From Octopus sinensis (taxonomy: Eukaryota): a DNA stretch of 64,000 nucleotides. Position 1 is the first letter of the stretch. Each line of letters opens with the position of its first letter. Below are positions 1 through 12,710 of this stretch, in pieces. A program made the translations under genes and the position numbers. The stretch is taken from positions 36,332,001-36,396,000 of the forward strand of contig NC_043002.1 of assembly GCF_006345805.1 (NCBI RefSeq), read 5' to 3'. The notes under the pieces were generated by a model that made no database searches, was not told the DNA's origin, and was given only the letters and a program-made list of their open reading frames with translations.

Positions 1-885
1 ACCTTGAACAACCACGTAGTAAATTTTAACAAAAAACTATACATGCTGGTTCAAGGTGTAGCCATTGGTGTTGGTGTAGCTGGAGATGTGGCCAGCCTCT
101 TCATGACCTGGTGGGACAGAAAACTTAAACAAATGTTAGCAGAACAGTCCACAACTCTCCTACTCTACAGTTGATATCTAGATGACATTAATATCATAGT
201 TAGGGCCAGCTCTAGTGATGGTAGTGTAGAAACTGAGAAGAATGTAATGGAGAGCATCTAGCAAATAGCTAACTTAATCCAAAGTATCAAGGTAACTATA
301 GATTACCCCACTAAGCATCTCAACAATAGACTCCCTGTACTTGATACTGAACTTTGGTTAGAGACTGAACAATAGAGTGCAGCTCCTCCACTCCTATTAC
401 ATGAAACCCATAACTTCAAAATATGTTGTTCACAAGAACTCAGCTTTGTCACACAACATGAAAATTAACATACTGATAGCAGACTTAGGATAATGAACAA
501 TGTGTCCCCACTATGCGAACCCTATGAAACGAAAAATTATATACGGAACTTCATGCACCACATGCAGTTCTCTGGATATGATCAAAAAGATAGGGTTCAA
601 GTATACAGGGGGACTAGAAAGAAATTAGATAACATTGTACGTAATGATACCAGTGGTACCTGCCCTAGATATAGAAACAAAGAATGGAATAGGATACAAA
701 GAACTTGTGATGAAGCAAACAGGGTGAACACGTGGTATAAAACCGAAAAATATCAAGGAGTGATGTTTGTAGAGGCCACAGCCCATGGAGAACTAGCCTG
801 TAGATTTAGAAAAGCTCTGAAGGAGACCAAACTCAACAATTAGATTGTTGAAAAGCCAGGGAACTCTGTCAGATCACAACTATGT
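1..885 (+). mobile_element. Decayed Penelope-like retroelement (RT core and thumb, truncated before GIY-YIG)
   Basis: Frame 1 reads LYMLVQGVAIGVGVAGDVASLFM...Y*YLDD, Penelope-type RT motifs with stops. The 493-843 ORF (SGYDQKDR...FVEATAHGELA) is the thumb/linker region. Runs off the left edge. Confidence 0.75.
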
Positions 886-889
886 TTGT

Positions 890-2260
890 TTGCAATGAGT
901 CATTCCTGAGAGCATGAGTCCTTCAGGCCATTTGACGTTGGGGAAGTTGAAATCACCCATAAGAAATATACTTGCATGGTGCTCCAGTTGCATGAGGATT
1001 TCTTTAATTCTTGTGAGGCAGTCTTCAAACTTGCCTATGTGGTTTGGAGCATCCGGTGGGCAATATGTATTGCATATAACTATATTGTGTTGTCTTATGT
1101 ATACAATTAGAGTTTTACATACTGAATTTGAGTATGACAGTAAAACCTGGGGTGTGAGGTTATCACGGATGTATACAGCAACTCCACCATGGCTCCTTTC
1201 CCTTCTGTCTGTTCACAGTATGTCATATTTTGCTACGTATACTTCTGCATCCTCTATATCAGGGCTGAGGTGAGTTTCCATGAGTGCTATGCATAGGGCT
1301 TGATTGCATGCACAAGGCCACAACAAATAGAAACAAGATTCCAAGGGAGCGGAAGATCCTCATGAGGCAACGGATGAGAGTCTGCTTTGTTTGCTGTTGT
1401 CATATTTGTAATATGAGAGTATGTGACTGATGAATCTGTCAGTTCTACTATGTGTGACTCTGTGTCACATGTAGGGAGATTAAGTTGGCAATAGAGAATC
1501 TTGAAACAACTTTCATATTCTGTTGCTGTTGGAACATGTCTCAATGAAGCATTGTCCTTGCTTCATATCAAACTTCATATCAAATCCATGGATTTGGGGA
1601 AGTCTATTTAACTCCATACTCTGTATTTAGAGTAAAATCCAGAAGTCAAGGCAAATGGTGATGATCTGTGTTAGTAACAATTGGAACATTGAAGAATGCT
1701 TGTGTGTATGATGGCAATGAAGACAGAACAAGTCATTAGTCAAAAAAAGAGAGGACAGTGTCTTCAATTTTCGAAGGTCTTCTAAATATAATGAAATTTA
1801 TATTGTTCGTGTCCTGTTTGATCAATTGCAAATTCCAGTGTATCGTAGTCCTGGAGAGGAAGGACTGGCTAAAGTTTTTTGTGCTGGATCTGAGTAAAGT
1901 TGACTGGAGGAGTAGGAGAGTAAGATGATTTTTGTTGGGGATGGTTTAGCAGATGGCTAGTTCAGAAAACAGAGGCTGCAGTAATAGAATAACAGGCAGA
2001 GAGGAAGCTGTGCCTCTTGAAGAGTATTGTTGATGAGAGATTCATTGTCAGTTAGTTGATGACCTTATTTGGGGTTGCAGTATTGGATGTTTGTGTTTGT
2101 GACAGCTCACTGCTTGTTAAATGTGAAAAAGACTCCAGTGGGTATCTTATGTGAGCTTTATAGAAAATAGCAACTGATCAAGGATGAAATATTTTGTGGC
2201 CCTAATGAAGAACCTTAGTTTTGCTGATAGTCTTGGTCAATTGTCATCTGTCTGGCAATT
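890..2260 (-). mobile_element. Decayed CR1/L2-type LINE (ORF1 remnant and APE endonuclease)
   Basis: Minus-strand translation across frameshifts gives LCIALMETHLSPDIEDAEV...DRREKSHGGVAVYIR...YCPP...MGDFNFP, the APE motifs. Confidence 0.7.
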
Positions 2261-2781
2261 CCTAGTCCCCTTCTCCAAATACTAATAAATTTTATTGCTA
2301 CCTCTCTTTCATTAATGAGTAGACAAAATAGATTTTATTTAATCCTTCTTTGTTCATATGGTGTTATACATGCTTTAAAATTTTATGGTGACATTAATTT
2401 TATCAAATACTTCAATTTGTCCTTTCTTTGTTTCAAGCTGCATACACTCTCTTTCAAGCAACTTTGGAATATGTTGTATTGCCATGTGAGAACATCAGAG
2501 ATTGTGAGGCCTAGTACTAATAAAAATTTCGAGAATTTTTTTTTTTTTTACATGCATGTAGATGAGAGCATGTTAGAAAAATATTTCCTTGCCTTGAAGG
2601 AAAAATATCCTGTCTTCTCTCTTTTCTTTCCTCCCTCCTCTTCTCTACATTTTTTTCATTCCATTTCTCTATTCTCATCCATTTTCTCTCCTTTTATTTC
2701 CCAATCTCCTCTCTATCCCGTTCCTCTCTTATCTTTTGTTTCTGTTAATTATTTTTAATATTTGAAAATGTCTTTTTACAG

Positions 2782-2876
2782 GTTGCTGATGACCGGATGG
2801 CCCTTGTGGCCAATTCCCAAATGGATTTGGAGTTGGGTCTCAACAGCACTAAGGCAGCACGACTGCCTCCAGTATG
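2782..2876 (+). CDS. STX16: Syntaxin-16 coding exon (first in window; upstream exon outside window)
   Basis: tttacag|GTT...GTA TG|gtaaac; VADDRMALVANSQMDLELGLNSTKAARLPPVW matches STX16 LADDRMALV...PPKW; 95 nt, phase 0 to 2. Confidence 0.93.
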
Positions 2877-3329
2877 GTAAACACTTCTTTTTTTTTTGTG
2901 TGTGTGTGTGGGTGCGGCTATTATTAGGTCAATCAAAGATAAAGAAATCTGTAATATTGCTATTACTGCTCAAAATCTGCCAGTGTAAATATTTGTTTTT
3001 CATCCTTCCAGGGCCAATAAAATTTAGTAGTAGTCAAGTATTGGGTCACTGTATACTCTTCCTCACAAATTTGCCACATTGTGTCTATGTTATAAACCAT
3101 TTTTATATAGAGAATTGATAGAGTGCTGGACCTTGTGATATAATAGTTTAAGCCCTTTACTTTCTGAGTTTAAATCCTATTGACATCAGTATTGCCTTTT
3201 GTCCTTCTAGGGTCAATAAAATAATCTAGTCAAGAATTGAGTTCAGTATAATTTCACAGTTTTGAGAACTTTTGCCTATGTTAGCTAACATTATTACAAA
3301 AGTAATGAATGGCAGAAAATGTAGAGCGG

Positions 3330-3960
3330 GAGCAAATATCCAATACAAAAGATTCTGCCAATCTTTCCCCTAAATAATGATAATAGTAATAGTTTCTGAT
3401 TTAGGCATAAGACCAGCAACTCTAAGGAGAGGAGATTAGTCGATACCATTGACCTGAGTACTTGACTGATACTCAATTTTATTGACCCTCAAAAGATGAG
3501 AAGCAAAGTTGACCTCAGCAGAATTTGAACTCTTAATGTAAAGAACTGGAACAAATTCTGAAAGGCGTATTTTCCAACGCCCTAATGATTCTATCAGCTC
3601 TAATAATAAGTATTTCCGATTTTGGCATAAGGCCAGCAATTTTGAAGGGAGTGGAATCAGTTAGTTACCCCCACAGTATTCAACTGGTACTTATTTTTAT
3701 CAGCCCTGAAAGGATGAAAGGCAAAGTCGACCCTAAAAGACATGAGGTCTGAAATTTGAGGGAGTGGATTATTCAGTACTGTCGATCTAATATTTGACTC
3801 ATACTTTATTTTATCGAACACAAAAAGATTAAAGGAAAGTTCACTTCAGTGGAATTTGGACTCAAAAGATATCAGCTAAGACAAATACCATAAGATTGCC
3901 CAACATTCTAACAGTTCTGCCAATCCACCCACCCCATTTAATATCTAACATAGATACAAG
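3330..3960 (-). mobile_element. Cluster of about 4 head-to-tail tRNA-derived SINEs (Nin/Deu-like core)
   Basis: Repeated ctggtacttatttt..cc..aaaggatgaaaggcaaagt(c/t)gacctc..gaatttgaactc motifs with (taa)n spacers. Confidence 0.75.
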
Positions 3961-4139
3961 GCCAGAAATGTTTGTGGGGTAGAGTTGGTTTAATCAACCC
4001 AGATACATGTTTGGTACTTTATCAATCCTGAAATGAAAGGCAGTGTTTGCTTTAGATGGATTTGAACTCCGTGCATAATAAATATTGCAAGGTATTCAAT
4101 ACTGTACTGTTGCTATTCTGTTAATTCATTGCCTTAAGT

Positions 4140-4440
4140 CATGAAGGAGGGATGCACCTAGAAAATTCCTCTCCAAGGCACAAGTCTGGACAAGGTTATT
4201 TATAGAAGACTAGCAGTCACCCATGCATACTAGCCTCCCCTCTCCACACCACTGATGTTATCCAAGAGAAAAGCAAAGGCCGATACAGCTTGGTACCAGT
4301 GACGTTGCAACTCATTTCTACAGCTGGGTGAATTGGAACAACACAAAATAAAGTGTCTTGCTCAAGAACACAATACAGAGTCCAGTCTGAGAATCAAATT
4401 CACTACATCATGCTTGTAAGCTTGACACTCTAACCACTTG
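4140..4440 (-). mobile_element. tRNA-derived SINE (CORE-like family)
   Basis: Reverse strand gives gtggttagagtgtcaagc...gtgttcttgagcaagacactttattt; homologous to 12478-12710. Confidence 0.65.
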
Positions 4441-5467
4441 GTTAATCATCTTAATCATCTTTTTAAAGACTGAATTCGTCGTTTAGTTTAACATCACCAC
4501 CTGAGTACTTTTAGTCCACTCTGTCTGTTGAAAACATTTGACCAAGTCTCTAGAATGAAAATGACTAGATAGCTTCATGTGATGATGCCTGCTTCCTACT
4601 ACAGCAACCTGTTTGTTGTGGTTTCTTTCCTTTCTGGCCTAATCTCTTGGCCAATTTAACACCACCACTTGCCTTTGTTGAGTACTTATAGAAGATTTAA
4701 TTAAGTTGCAACAATTTATAGCAACTCTCTTTTCTGGGTATGACACAAACATCTTAGACTGCAGCTAGAGAATAGCCACTTGACTGATTGCCATGCTCCA
4801 GCCATTGGTACACTGGCATGCTGTCCCTACCTATTCTATTGCTACTATAATCGTCTCTGTAAATAATTGTAGGTTTTGGAGCTAAACTGGTTGTATATAT
4901 GTATCAGACCAGTATTGTGGTTGGTTTCCCAAATGTGTAACTTTAGAATGTTATTATTCAGAGAGGATATCAGAAAAAGTAGAATATTAACAACATAATG
5001 CCTTACAGTATTTAATTGTGTTTGATATTCAAATCTTAGCAAGGTCATATTTGTTTCTCATCTTTCCAAGGTCAATAAAATAAGTGCCACTTATATATGG
5101 AGTCAATTTAATCAACTGTTCTCTCTTGCAGAATGTGTGGTCTTACACCTATATTATGATTATCATTTCTCATGCTATGTTATAACTTATTATTTTCCAC
5201 TGTAGATGATAGAATTGGTAGAGTGATGACAGAATTGCCTTACAACATTTATATGCTATGATGATGTTGATTTACATTCTGAGTTAAAGTCGCACCAGAT
5301 TTGACTTTGTATTTCCTTCTACTCAGATTGACTAAATAAGCACCAACCAAGTACTGGGGGCATGAGCTGATTAAATTGACTGCTCTGTCTCCACAAATGT
5401 GTGGTGGTTTGGCTATATAAGAAGTCATATATTTTTCAAATCAGTGTTTTAGCACAGATATCATTAT

Positions 5468-6541
5468 ATCATCATCATCGTTTAACGACCGCTTTCCATG
5501 CTAGCTTGGGTTGGACGATTTTGACTGAGGGCTGGTGAACCAGATGGCTGCACCAGGCTCCAATCTTGATCTGACAGAGCTTCTACAGCTGGATGCCCTT
5601 CCTAACACCAACCACTCCGAGAGTGTAGTGGCTGCTTTTTACGTGCCACCAGCACGGGGGCCAGTCAGGTGGTACTAGCAATGACCTCGCTCGAATCTTT
5701 TTACACGTACCACCAGCACAGGTGCCAGTGAAGCGATGTTGATAACGATCACGCTTGAATGGTGCCCTTTTACGTGCCACAGGTACGGAAGCCAGTTGGC
5801 TGCTCTGGCAATGATCACGCTCGGATGGTGCTCTTGGCACCCTACTAGCACAAGCACAAGTGCCAGTAAAGCGACGCTGGTAATGATCATACTCGAATGG
5901 TGCCCTTTTATGTGTCACTGGCACGGAAGCCAGTTAGCTGCTCTGTCAACGATCACACTCGTATGGTGCTCTTTGCACCCCACTAGCACGGATGCCAGTC
6001 ATCAAATTTATTTTGATATTGATTTCGATTTCACTTGCCTCAACAGGTCTTCGCAAGCAAAGTTTAGTGACCAAAGAAGGAAAAGGTACGCATAAGCGGG
6101 CCGGTTACACTCCTGGCATAGGCCATAGGTTATGGTCCCATTTGGCTTGCCGGGTCTTCTCAAGCACAGCATATTTCCAAAAGTCTTGGTCACTAGTCAT
6201 TTCCTTGGTGAGGCCTAATTTTCGAAGGTCGTGCTTCACCACTTCATCCCAGGTCTTCCTGGGTCTACCTCTTCCACAGGTTCCCTCAACCGCTAGGGTG
6301 TGGCACTTTTTCACACAGCTATCCTCATCCATTCTCGCCACATGACCATACTAGCGCAGTCGTCTCTCTTGCACACCACATCTAATGCTTCTTAGGTCCA
6401 ACTTTTCTCTCAAGGTATTTACACTCTGTCGAGTATGCACACTGACATTACACATCCATTGGATCACACTGGCTTCATTCCTTGCAAGCTTATGCATGTC
6501 CTCAGCAATCACAGCCCATGTTTCACTGCTATGTAACATGA
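5468..6541 (-). mobile_element. RTE-clade LINE 3' fragment (ORF C-terminus, 3' UTR, (GAT)n tail)
   Basis: MLHSSETW...QERRLR*YGHVARMDEDSCVKKC...GRGRPRKTWDEVVKHDL is the RTE C-terminus; ends in gttaaacgatgatgat. Confidence 0.9.
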
Positions 6542-6604
6542 AAGACATATCTCAGATTATTATTATTAGTACTAGTAGTAGTAGTAGGAGGAGGAGGAGG
6601 AGGG

Positions 6605-7140
6605 CAGCTAACTGTCAGAATTGTTAGCATAGTGGTATTTCGTCCATCTTCATGTTCAGAGTTCAAATTCTACTGAGGTCAACTTTGCCTTTCATGCTTT
6701 CAGGCTCGATAAATTAAGTACCAATGAAAAAGAGTTCATCTAATTGTCTAATCCCCTCCTGCAAAATTTCAGGCCTTGTGCCATTAGTAGAAAGGATTAT
6801 TATTATTATTAATAGTAATAATAACAATAAAAATAGGTTGGTGAGCCGGAAGAATCATTAGCATGCCTGACAAAATGCTTAGCAGCATTTCTTCAGGCTT
6901 TACGTTCTGAGTTCAAATTCCAGCAAGGTTGACTTTGCCTTTCATCCTTTCACGGTCAATAAAATAAGTACCAGTTGACACTGGGTTTGATATAAGTGAT
7001 TAGCCCCCTCTCCACAAAATTTTAGGTCTTATACCTTTAGTAGAAAGAATTATTATTAAGGCAATAAGTTGGCAGAATTGTTAGCGCATTAGACAAAATG
7101 CTTTGTGGCATTTTTTTCTAGCTCTTTATGTTCAAATTTC
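6605..7140 (+). mobile_element. Tandem array of 3 tRNA-derived Nin-type SINEs
   Basis: Three units of gcagaattgttagc...gttcaaattc...gactttgcctttcatcc...taagtacca...ggccttgtg..tagtagaaag(g/a)att separated by (tta/taa)n. Confidence 0.85.
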
Positions 7141-7169
7141 ACTGTGGTCAGCTTTACCTTTCATCCTTT

Positions 7170-8650
7170 TATGAAATGTGGCACAGTACACATCTCAGAC
7201 ATGACCAACTGTGCTTGTAGAGTTTATCTCAAATCATTAATGCCTCTAGTAGCATTGCCAGGTGAGGGATTTCTGATAGTTATCTATAATTTTGGGGTTC
7301 AAAGTTCTCTGAAACAGGCCAACCATTTGTGTTTCAACAATGCTCAGTTTCCCCAAGAACCTCATTGTCTTTCCAATAGTTCCATACAGCAAGCTAATAT
7401 AGAAGTCCCACTAGCTACATTCCCCAATTGGCTGAGAGCTGGAGCAACTGGTGATATTTCAAATTCAGATCTCGGTCTTCATTTGATCCAGGACTTCAGC
7501 CCTGTCAAAGAGATAAGCTGAAGGAAAACATGCCTTATAAAAGATGACCACATCTGTTCATTGTCCAGCACACCCTGCTAGTGCTGTAGCATCGGCACAT
7601 GTCTGTATCAGCCATGACAGGTTGAACCTTCTGCTCAGAGGATGTTGACATTAGATGGATTGCTTGGCCAGTGAAAGACATCCCTTCCACAAGATGTAAA
7701 AGAAAAGATGCCCCACTCTGGTCATGTGAAAACTGAGTCAAGGAATGATGATCAGGTGGCAATATATGACAGAGATGATGTATACATTCATGACCTTTAC
7801 CCTACTTTTCAGGGATAGTTTCTTTTTAACCCATTTCTGGGAAGACTAGTCACACTACTCATAACCTAGTCCCATTTCCTGTCCCACTAGATGTCAGAAC
7901 TATACCAAACTTCTAGCAACTTCACCAGTTCATTGGGCCAACACTCTGTGACACTGGCAACAGCATGAGCTTGCCTCTCCTGATGCCAAGCTGCAAGCCC
8001 ACTGACATTTCAATAAATTTTTGCTCCTGTCACTATATCAACCTCCAAGATGTCACACTGTGGCATTGTCTACATATCCTGACACTGCTCTTCTGTATTC
8101 CAGTCTAAATTAAATGCTCTTCAACTCCTACAATTTCTGCAACAGTAACTCCTGAGTTTGTGCATACAAAAGAGATGTGGGAAGATATTTTTGATGGACC
8201 AGGCATATGGTTTGAAGCAGTTCTGATTGGTGACCATATAATTTGACCAAACAGAATGTCACTGAAAATGAAACTTAGGGCAGTTGCCATGTAGTGACAC
8301 TTGTCCCCTACCAAAAGCTTCTGATGAATCCAAACTGCTCTAAGCCTACCACAGCCAAGTTAGTTATCCATTCCCTTTATGATGTATTGCATGGTTATGG
8401 TTGTCATGGGCAGATCACACAATCACACAGGTTTGCACTTTCTGACCATACAACTAATGACCAGCGCCAACTTCTTTCTTAACACCTTGGTCAAAATCTT
8501 AAACTCTGCATTCAACAGAAGTTGTGAGTCAAAAATATTAATAATGTTCCCCTCAGTTGCATGTTTCCTCAGCAACACTGCCACTTACTGTTCTGCTGCT
8601 AGATGGCAGACATCTACTGAAAGCTCTTGGACAAGTCTGGCATATTAATG
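7170..8650 (-). mobile_element. Decayed Tx1/L1-clade LINE ORF2 (RT and C-terminal region)
   Basis: Minus strand gives LLNAEFKILTKVL and DQSKAFGRDKCHYMATAL (RT domains 2-3). 7190-7400 is homologous to the younger copy at 63840-63990. Confidence 0.7.
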
Positions 8651-9229
8651 TAAAGTTCTTTCCTAATCTGTCTTTTCGGCAGTGTCTTGGAAGATGAGCT
8701 TCTCAAAGTCACTTCCTTTGTATTTTTTTTGTGTCTTTTCTTCTATGATCCTCATCAACTCACTATTGTTTCTATTTTCAGTAATGTCATTTATTTATTT
8801 ATTTTGTATTTGGTAATGTTGTTTTTTGATGTTTTTACTGTGGTTGTTTTGTTTGCGTGTTTTCCTATTTTAATTTTTTATTGTTAGTGTTATTGCCAGT
8901 TTGGCTGCTACTGTTGTTGTTATCAGTGGTAGTGATGTAGCTTTGTGACAGGTTACTGGGCTTTTTGCATCCCCATCAAATCTTCTGGCTTCTGGCGGCT
9001 TGTTATTTATTTGCTTCAGTTTTTTTTCACATCATCCAAAGATCTCTTGATGGATCTTTCATTTCAACCTCATTATATCAGAAAGTCTCAGATTTGGAGA
9101 AGTTAAGTTTTTATATGTTTGTGGGTACTACAATTGGCTTATTTTGGTTGTAGTTGCTTTTAGTGGGGTGGTGGTGTTTTTGTTGCTGTTTTGATGTAGA
9201 GTTGTGCTGTGCAGGCCTTCCCTATTTTG

Positions 9230-9620
9230 CCCTCTGATATAGACAGAAGACTCTTAAATATTTAGATATGACATCTAGCACTTATCCCTTCTACTTCTAT
9301 TGTCAGGTGAGTGCTATATGGTAACTTGAGCAGGTTTGGGATGTTTTGACTTTTCATGACTCATTTGGATTAGGCTCTCCACTCCTATCTCTGAGCAATT
9401 CTCTTTAATCTTAATCAAGGCAATGGAATGTCTTCATCCTCCTTTTAGAGAAGACATCTGATGTCCTATTTCATTTTTTTTCTAAGTTCCACACTACTTT
9501 CAGTCAGTTCCACATCTGTGCAAATGTCATCCTTATTATTTACTAACCTTACCTGCCTATGCAGTGGTATGTCATCATGAATTTTTTCACATTTTCCATC
9601 ACCTCCAGAAGTGGAGCTAA
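9230..9620 (-). mobile_element. Possible L1/Tx1 ORF1 remnant
   Basis: Decayed reading ...ITIEVEGISARCHI...GRPAQ resembles the ORF1 zinc-knuckle approach; weak. Confidence 0.3.
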
Positions 9621-10329
9621 TATAGCTTTTCTATTGTCCCTCTGTATCAGTTCTCTACTCTTCCTTCATTGATCTTTTATTCACTCTGTGACTTTTGCTG
9701 TGTTTTTTTTAATCTATTTTTATGATGTTGCTCTTTGCCACAATGGAAGTGGTAGTAGGGTGTTGCTTTGTGCTGAGGTATTTGATTGACTTCTCTTTGA
9801 AATGGAGGTGGTAGAATTGTTGTTACTGCTGCTCTCATCACTTGGCTTGTTGGTGTTGTTACTCTTTCTTTCACAGGTCATTTTTTTTCATTGCTGCTTG
9901 ACAAATTGTTGATTTTATCATCCCTGTTTTCTTTATCAGCATCTAAGACAGTGTTAATGGTAGTAGTTGCATTGCTGATTGAGATTGAGAAAGGGAGAAG
10001 CCCTCCTCAATGAAACAACGAGTTAGGAAGAGGCTTTCAGTAGCAACCTGTCCTTGTAGCTTCTATTTCCTCCTATTTGGTTATCAAAATTGCCATTATG
10101 TTATATGCTTTGAAACTTTCTGATAATTTTTTTTTTACCTCTGGGATATAGCCACAACATGTTAAGATACAATAGAATCTATTGGTCCACCATAGTCTTG
10201 GTCAGATTACAACAAGATGCAATACGAAAATTAAAAAAGCAAATCCATGAAAGGGGCAGATTATCAACAATTGTTTTCTGGCCTATGGGGTGACAGAAAT
10301 ACAAGACATACATCTAAAAGTGATAATAA

Positions 10330-11150
10330 TTCTGTCTACTATTGGCATGAAACCTGAAATTTTAGATGAGGGGGTTAGTCATTTGCATAAACCCCAGTAC
10401 TCAACTGGTACTTTATTTTATCAGCCTCAAAGGATAAAAGCAAGGTTGACTTCAGAACATCAAGTTGGAAACAATACCACTAAAACTTATAATGATGATG
10501 ATGATTATAAGTAGAAGGCTTCAAATTTTCTAGCAAGTTGTATTGACCCTGGTACTTTATTTTATCAGCCCCAGAATGATTTAAAGTTGAAGCTGATCTT
10601 GACAGGATTTCAACTCAGAATATAAAATGACTCAGAATAAATATTCTGAAGCATTTTGTTCCATGCTCCAATGATTATTCATCCACCATATGATAATAAT
10701 AGAAATTATTTCAAATTTTGACAAAAGCCCAGCAATTTCAAGGGGCAAGAATTAGTTGATACCATCGCCCTTAGTACTTGACTAGTACTTTATTTTATTG
10801 ATCCCAAAGGCATAAAAATCAAAGTTGACCTCAGCAAGATTTGAGTGCCAAGCATAATGAATTGCAAGAAATACTGCAAAGCATTTTGTCTGCCATCCTA
10901 ACAATTCAGCTAGTTTGCCACCTTAATTATAACAATAATTCTTTTAAACTTTGGTACAAAACTAACCATTTTAAAGGGAGGAGGTCAGTCAATTACATAG
11001 ACTACAGTACATGACTATTACTGTATTTTATCGACCCAAAAAGGATGAAAGGCAAAGTTGACTTCCCTCAGTAGTATTTGATGGTAAAGATAATACTTTT
11101 TCACACAAGCACAAGACCTGAAAAATTCTGGAAAACGAGAGAATATCTTT
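10330..11150 (-). mobile_element. Cluster of 4-5 decayed Nin-type SINEs
   Basis: Recurrent ctggtactt(t)attttatc..ccc..agga..aaaggcaaagttgac motifs with (taa/gat)n spacers. Confidence 0.75.
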
Positions 11151-11468
11151 GCTTAGCAGTGCATAACTAGGTGCCAATAGACACCAACACTGGAATGAGT
11201 TGCAATGAAAATCTGAGAGGGGAAACATGTGAGAAAGGTATTTTTGTATATATACTATGACCAGAAGTGGACATTATGAATGAGCATTTTCTCCCTGGGC
11301 AGTAGAGAATGGCAGAGAGAATAGCAGAGAATAGCACAACCTCTAATTAAATATATATATATATACTAGACTAGACTACACTACTCTGAGTTTCCCAAAA
11401 ACATAATTTTGTTTTGTGGGGTTTTTTCTTTTCCAGGTTAATTCGATGAATGTGACATCAAAATCATT

Positions 11469-11581
11469 GATTTGGCTGCTATTTCTTGCACACCCTGCTG
11501 CCATGTAACAGATATTTGAGGTCCTTTATTTCAAATAGCTGTTATGTGGTAGCAGGGCAAGTTAGAAATGGCAGCCAAATC
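11469..11581 (+). other. Long imperfect hairpin (52-bp stem, 9-nt loop) in STX16 intron
   Basis: Arms 11469-11520 and 11530-11581 pair at 41/52 Watson-Crick positions plus 6 G:U; counted by hand. Confidence 0.85.
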
Positions 11582-12100
11582 TTTTTGAAGGTGAGAAACA
11601 TTGAATGCACTCAAAAAAATACTATTTCACATCAAGGTTATGAATGGGACTCTTACGAAATATTTACCATATTTTTAAAGTCATTTTCACTTTAAAATAT
11701 TTTAAAATATGCCAAAAAAATTTTTGTAATGATATTCGCTTGAAAATAATTCTAAAAACATTCGAATATTGTCTATTTAAAGAAAACTAAAATATAATAC
11801 TTACTGTACAAATGGCTTACATTTTTGAAATAACATTCACTTAAAAATGTTTCTAAATGATTAAAATATGAATTAACAAAAACGAAAATAGAAACATTGA
11901 ATGTAAAAAAGCTAGTCACTGTTTCTAAGTGAAAGATAAGAGTTTCTTCCCTTTCAGGATTAAAATTATTTTTGGAATATTTTCCCATTATGCACTGTTT
12001 CGGGTATTTATACCTTGAAGGCCTCTAATATCTTAAAAACTACTTGTCTAATTTATGCAAACCTTGTTTTATTCTGTTCATATTAACATTTTATGTATAT

Positions 12101-12122
12101 GTATGTGTATATAAATAAATAT

Positions 12123-12159
<37 letters not shown>

Positions 12160-12160
12160 T
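12101..12160. repeat. (TA)n-rich microsatellite (a second one at about 12443-12472)
   Basis: Direct reading. Confidence 0.95.
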
Positions 12161-12438
12161 ATGTGAAATAGAAAGATGAATAATCTTGTAGTAGATTAAT
12201 CAAAAGTTTAACCGATACCTTAGTAGCAAAAATCACAGCAGTAAACAGCAGTAAACAGCTCCGCCTCTGTTCTGTTTTTGTTTTTCCAACGGATTTCCTT
12301 TTTTCTTCCTGAAGAGAAAGACACAATATGGTCCCATTATTCAATCGGATTTTGGTAATTTGTGCCTTTCGAAACACGTGTAGAATGAAATAAAACGATT
12401 TCTGTTCAATCTGCGTTCAGCTCCATTTCTTCAATTCA

Positions 12439-12475
<37 letters not shown>

Positions 12476-12477
12476 TG

Positions 12478-12710
12478 AGACCCCCTTCGGTCATGATTGA
12501 CCATGGGATTGCACCTAGAAAGTTACCCTCTCAGGCACAAGTCCAGGCAAGGTTGTTTATGGAAGATCAACACTGGTGGTATACATACCGGCCTCCCCTC
12601 CATGCCACCAGTGTTATGCAAGGGAAAGGCAAAAGCTGATACAACTTGGCACCTGTGACATCACAACTCATTTCTACACCTGAGTGAACTGGAGCAACGT
12701 GAAATAAAGT
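12478..12710 (-). mobile_element. 5'-truncated CORE-like SINE
   Basis: caactcatttctac..ctgagtgaactggagcaacgtgaaataaagtg, homologous to 4140-4440. Confidence 0.7.

Noticed and set aside
914-1273. 119-aa plus-strand ORF
   Set aside because: Antisense shadow of a decayed APE domain on the minus strand.
12159-12377. 72-aa minus-strand ORF as a nested gene
   Set aside because: Non-ATG start, no recognisable family, and no continuing exon found; only the CpG signal was retained.
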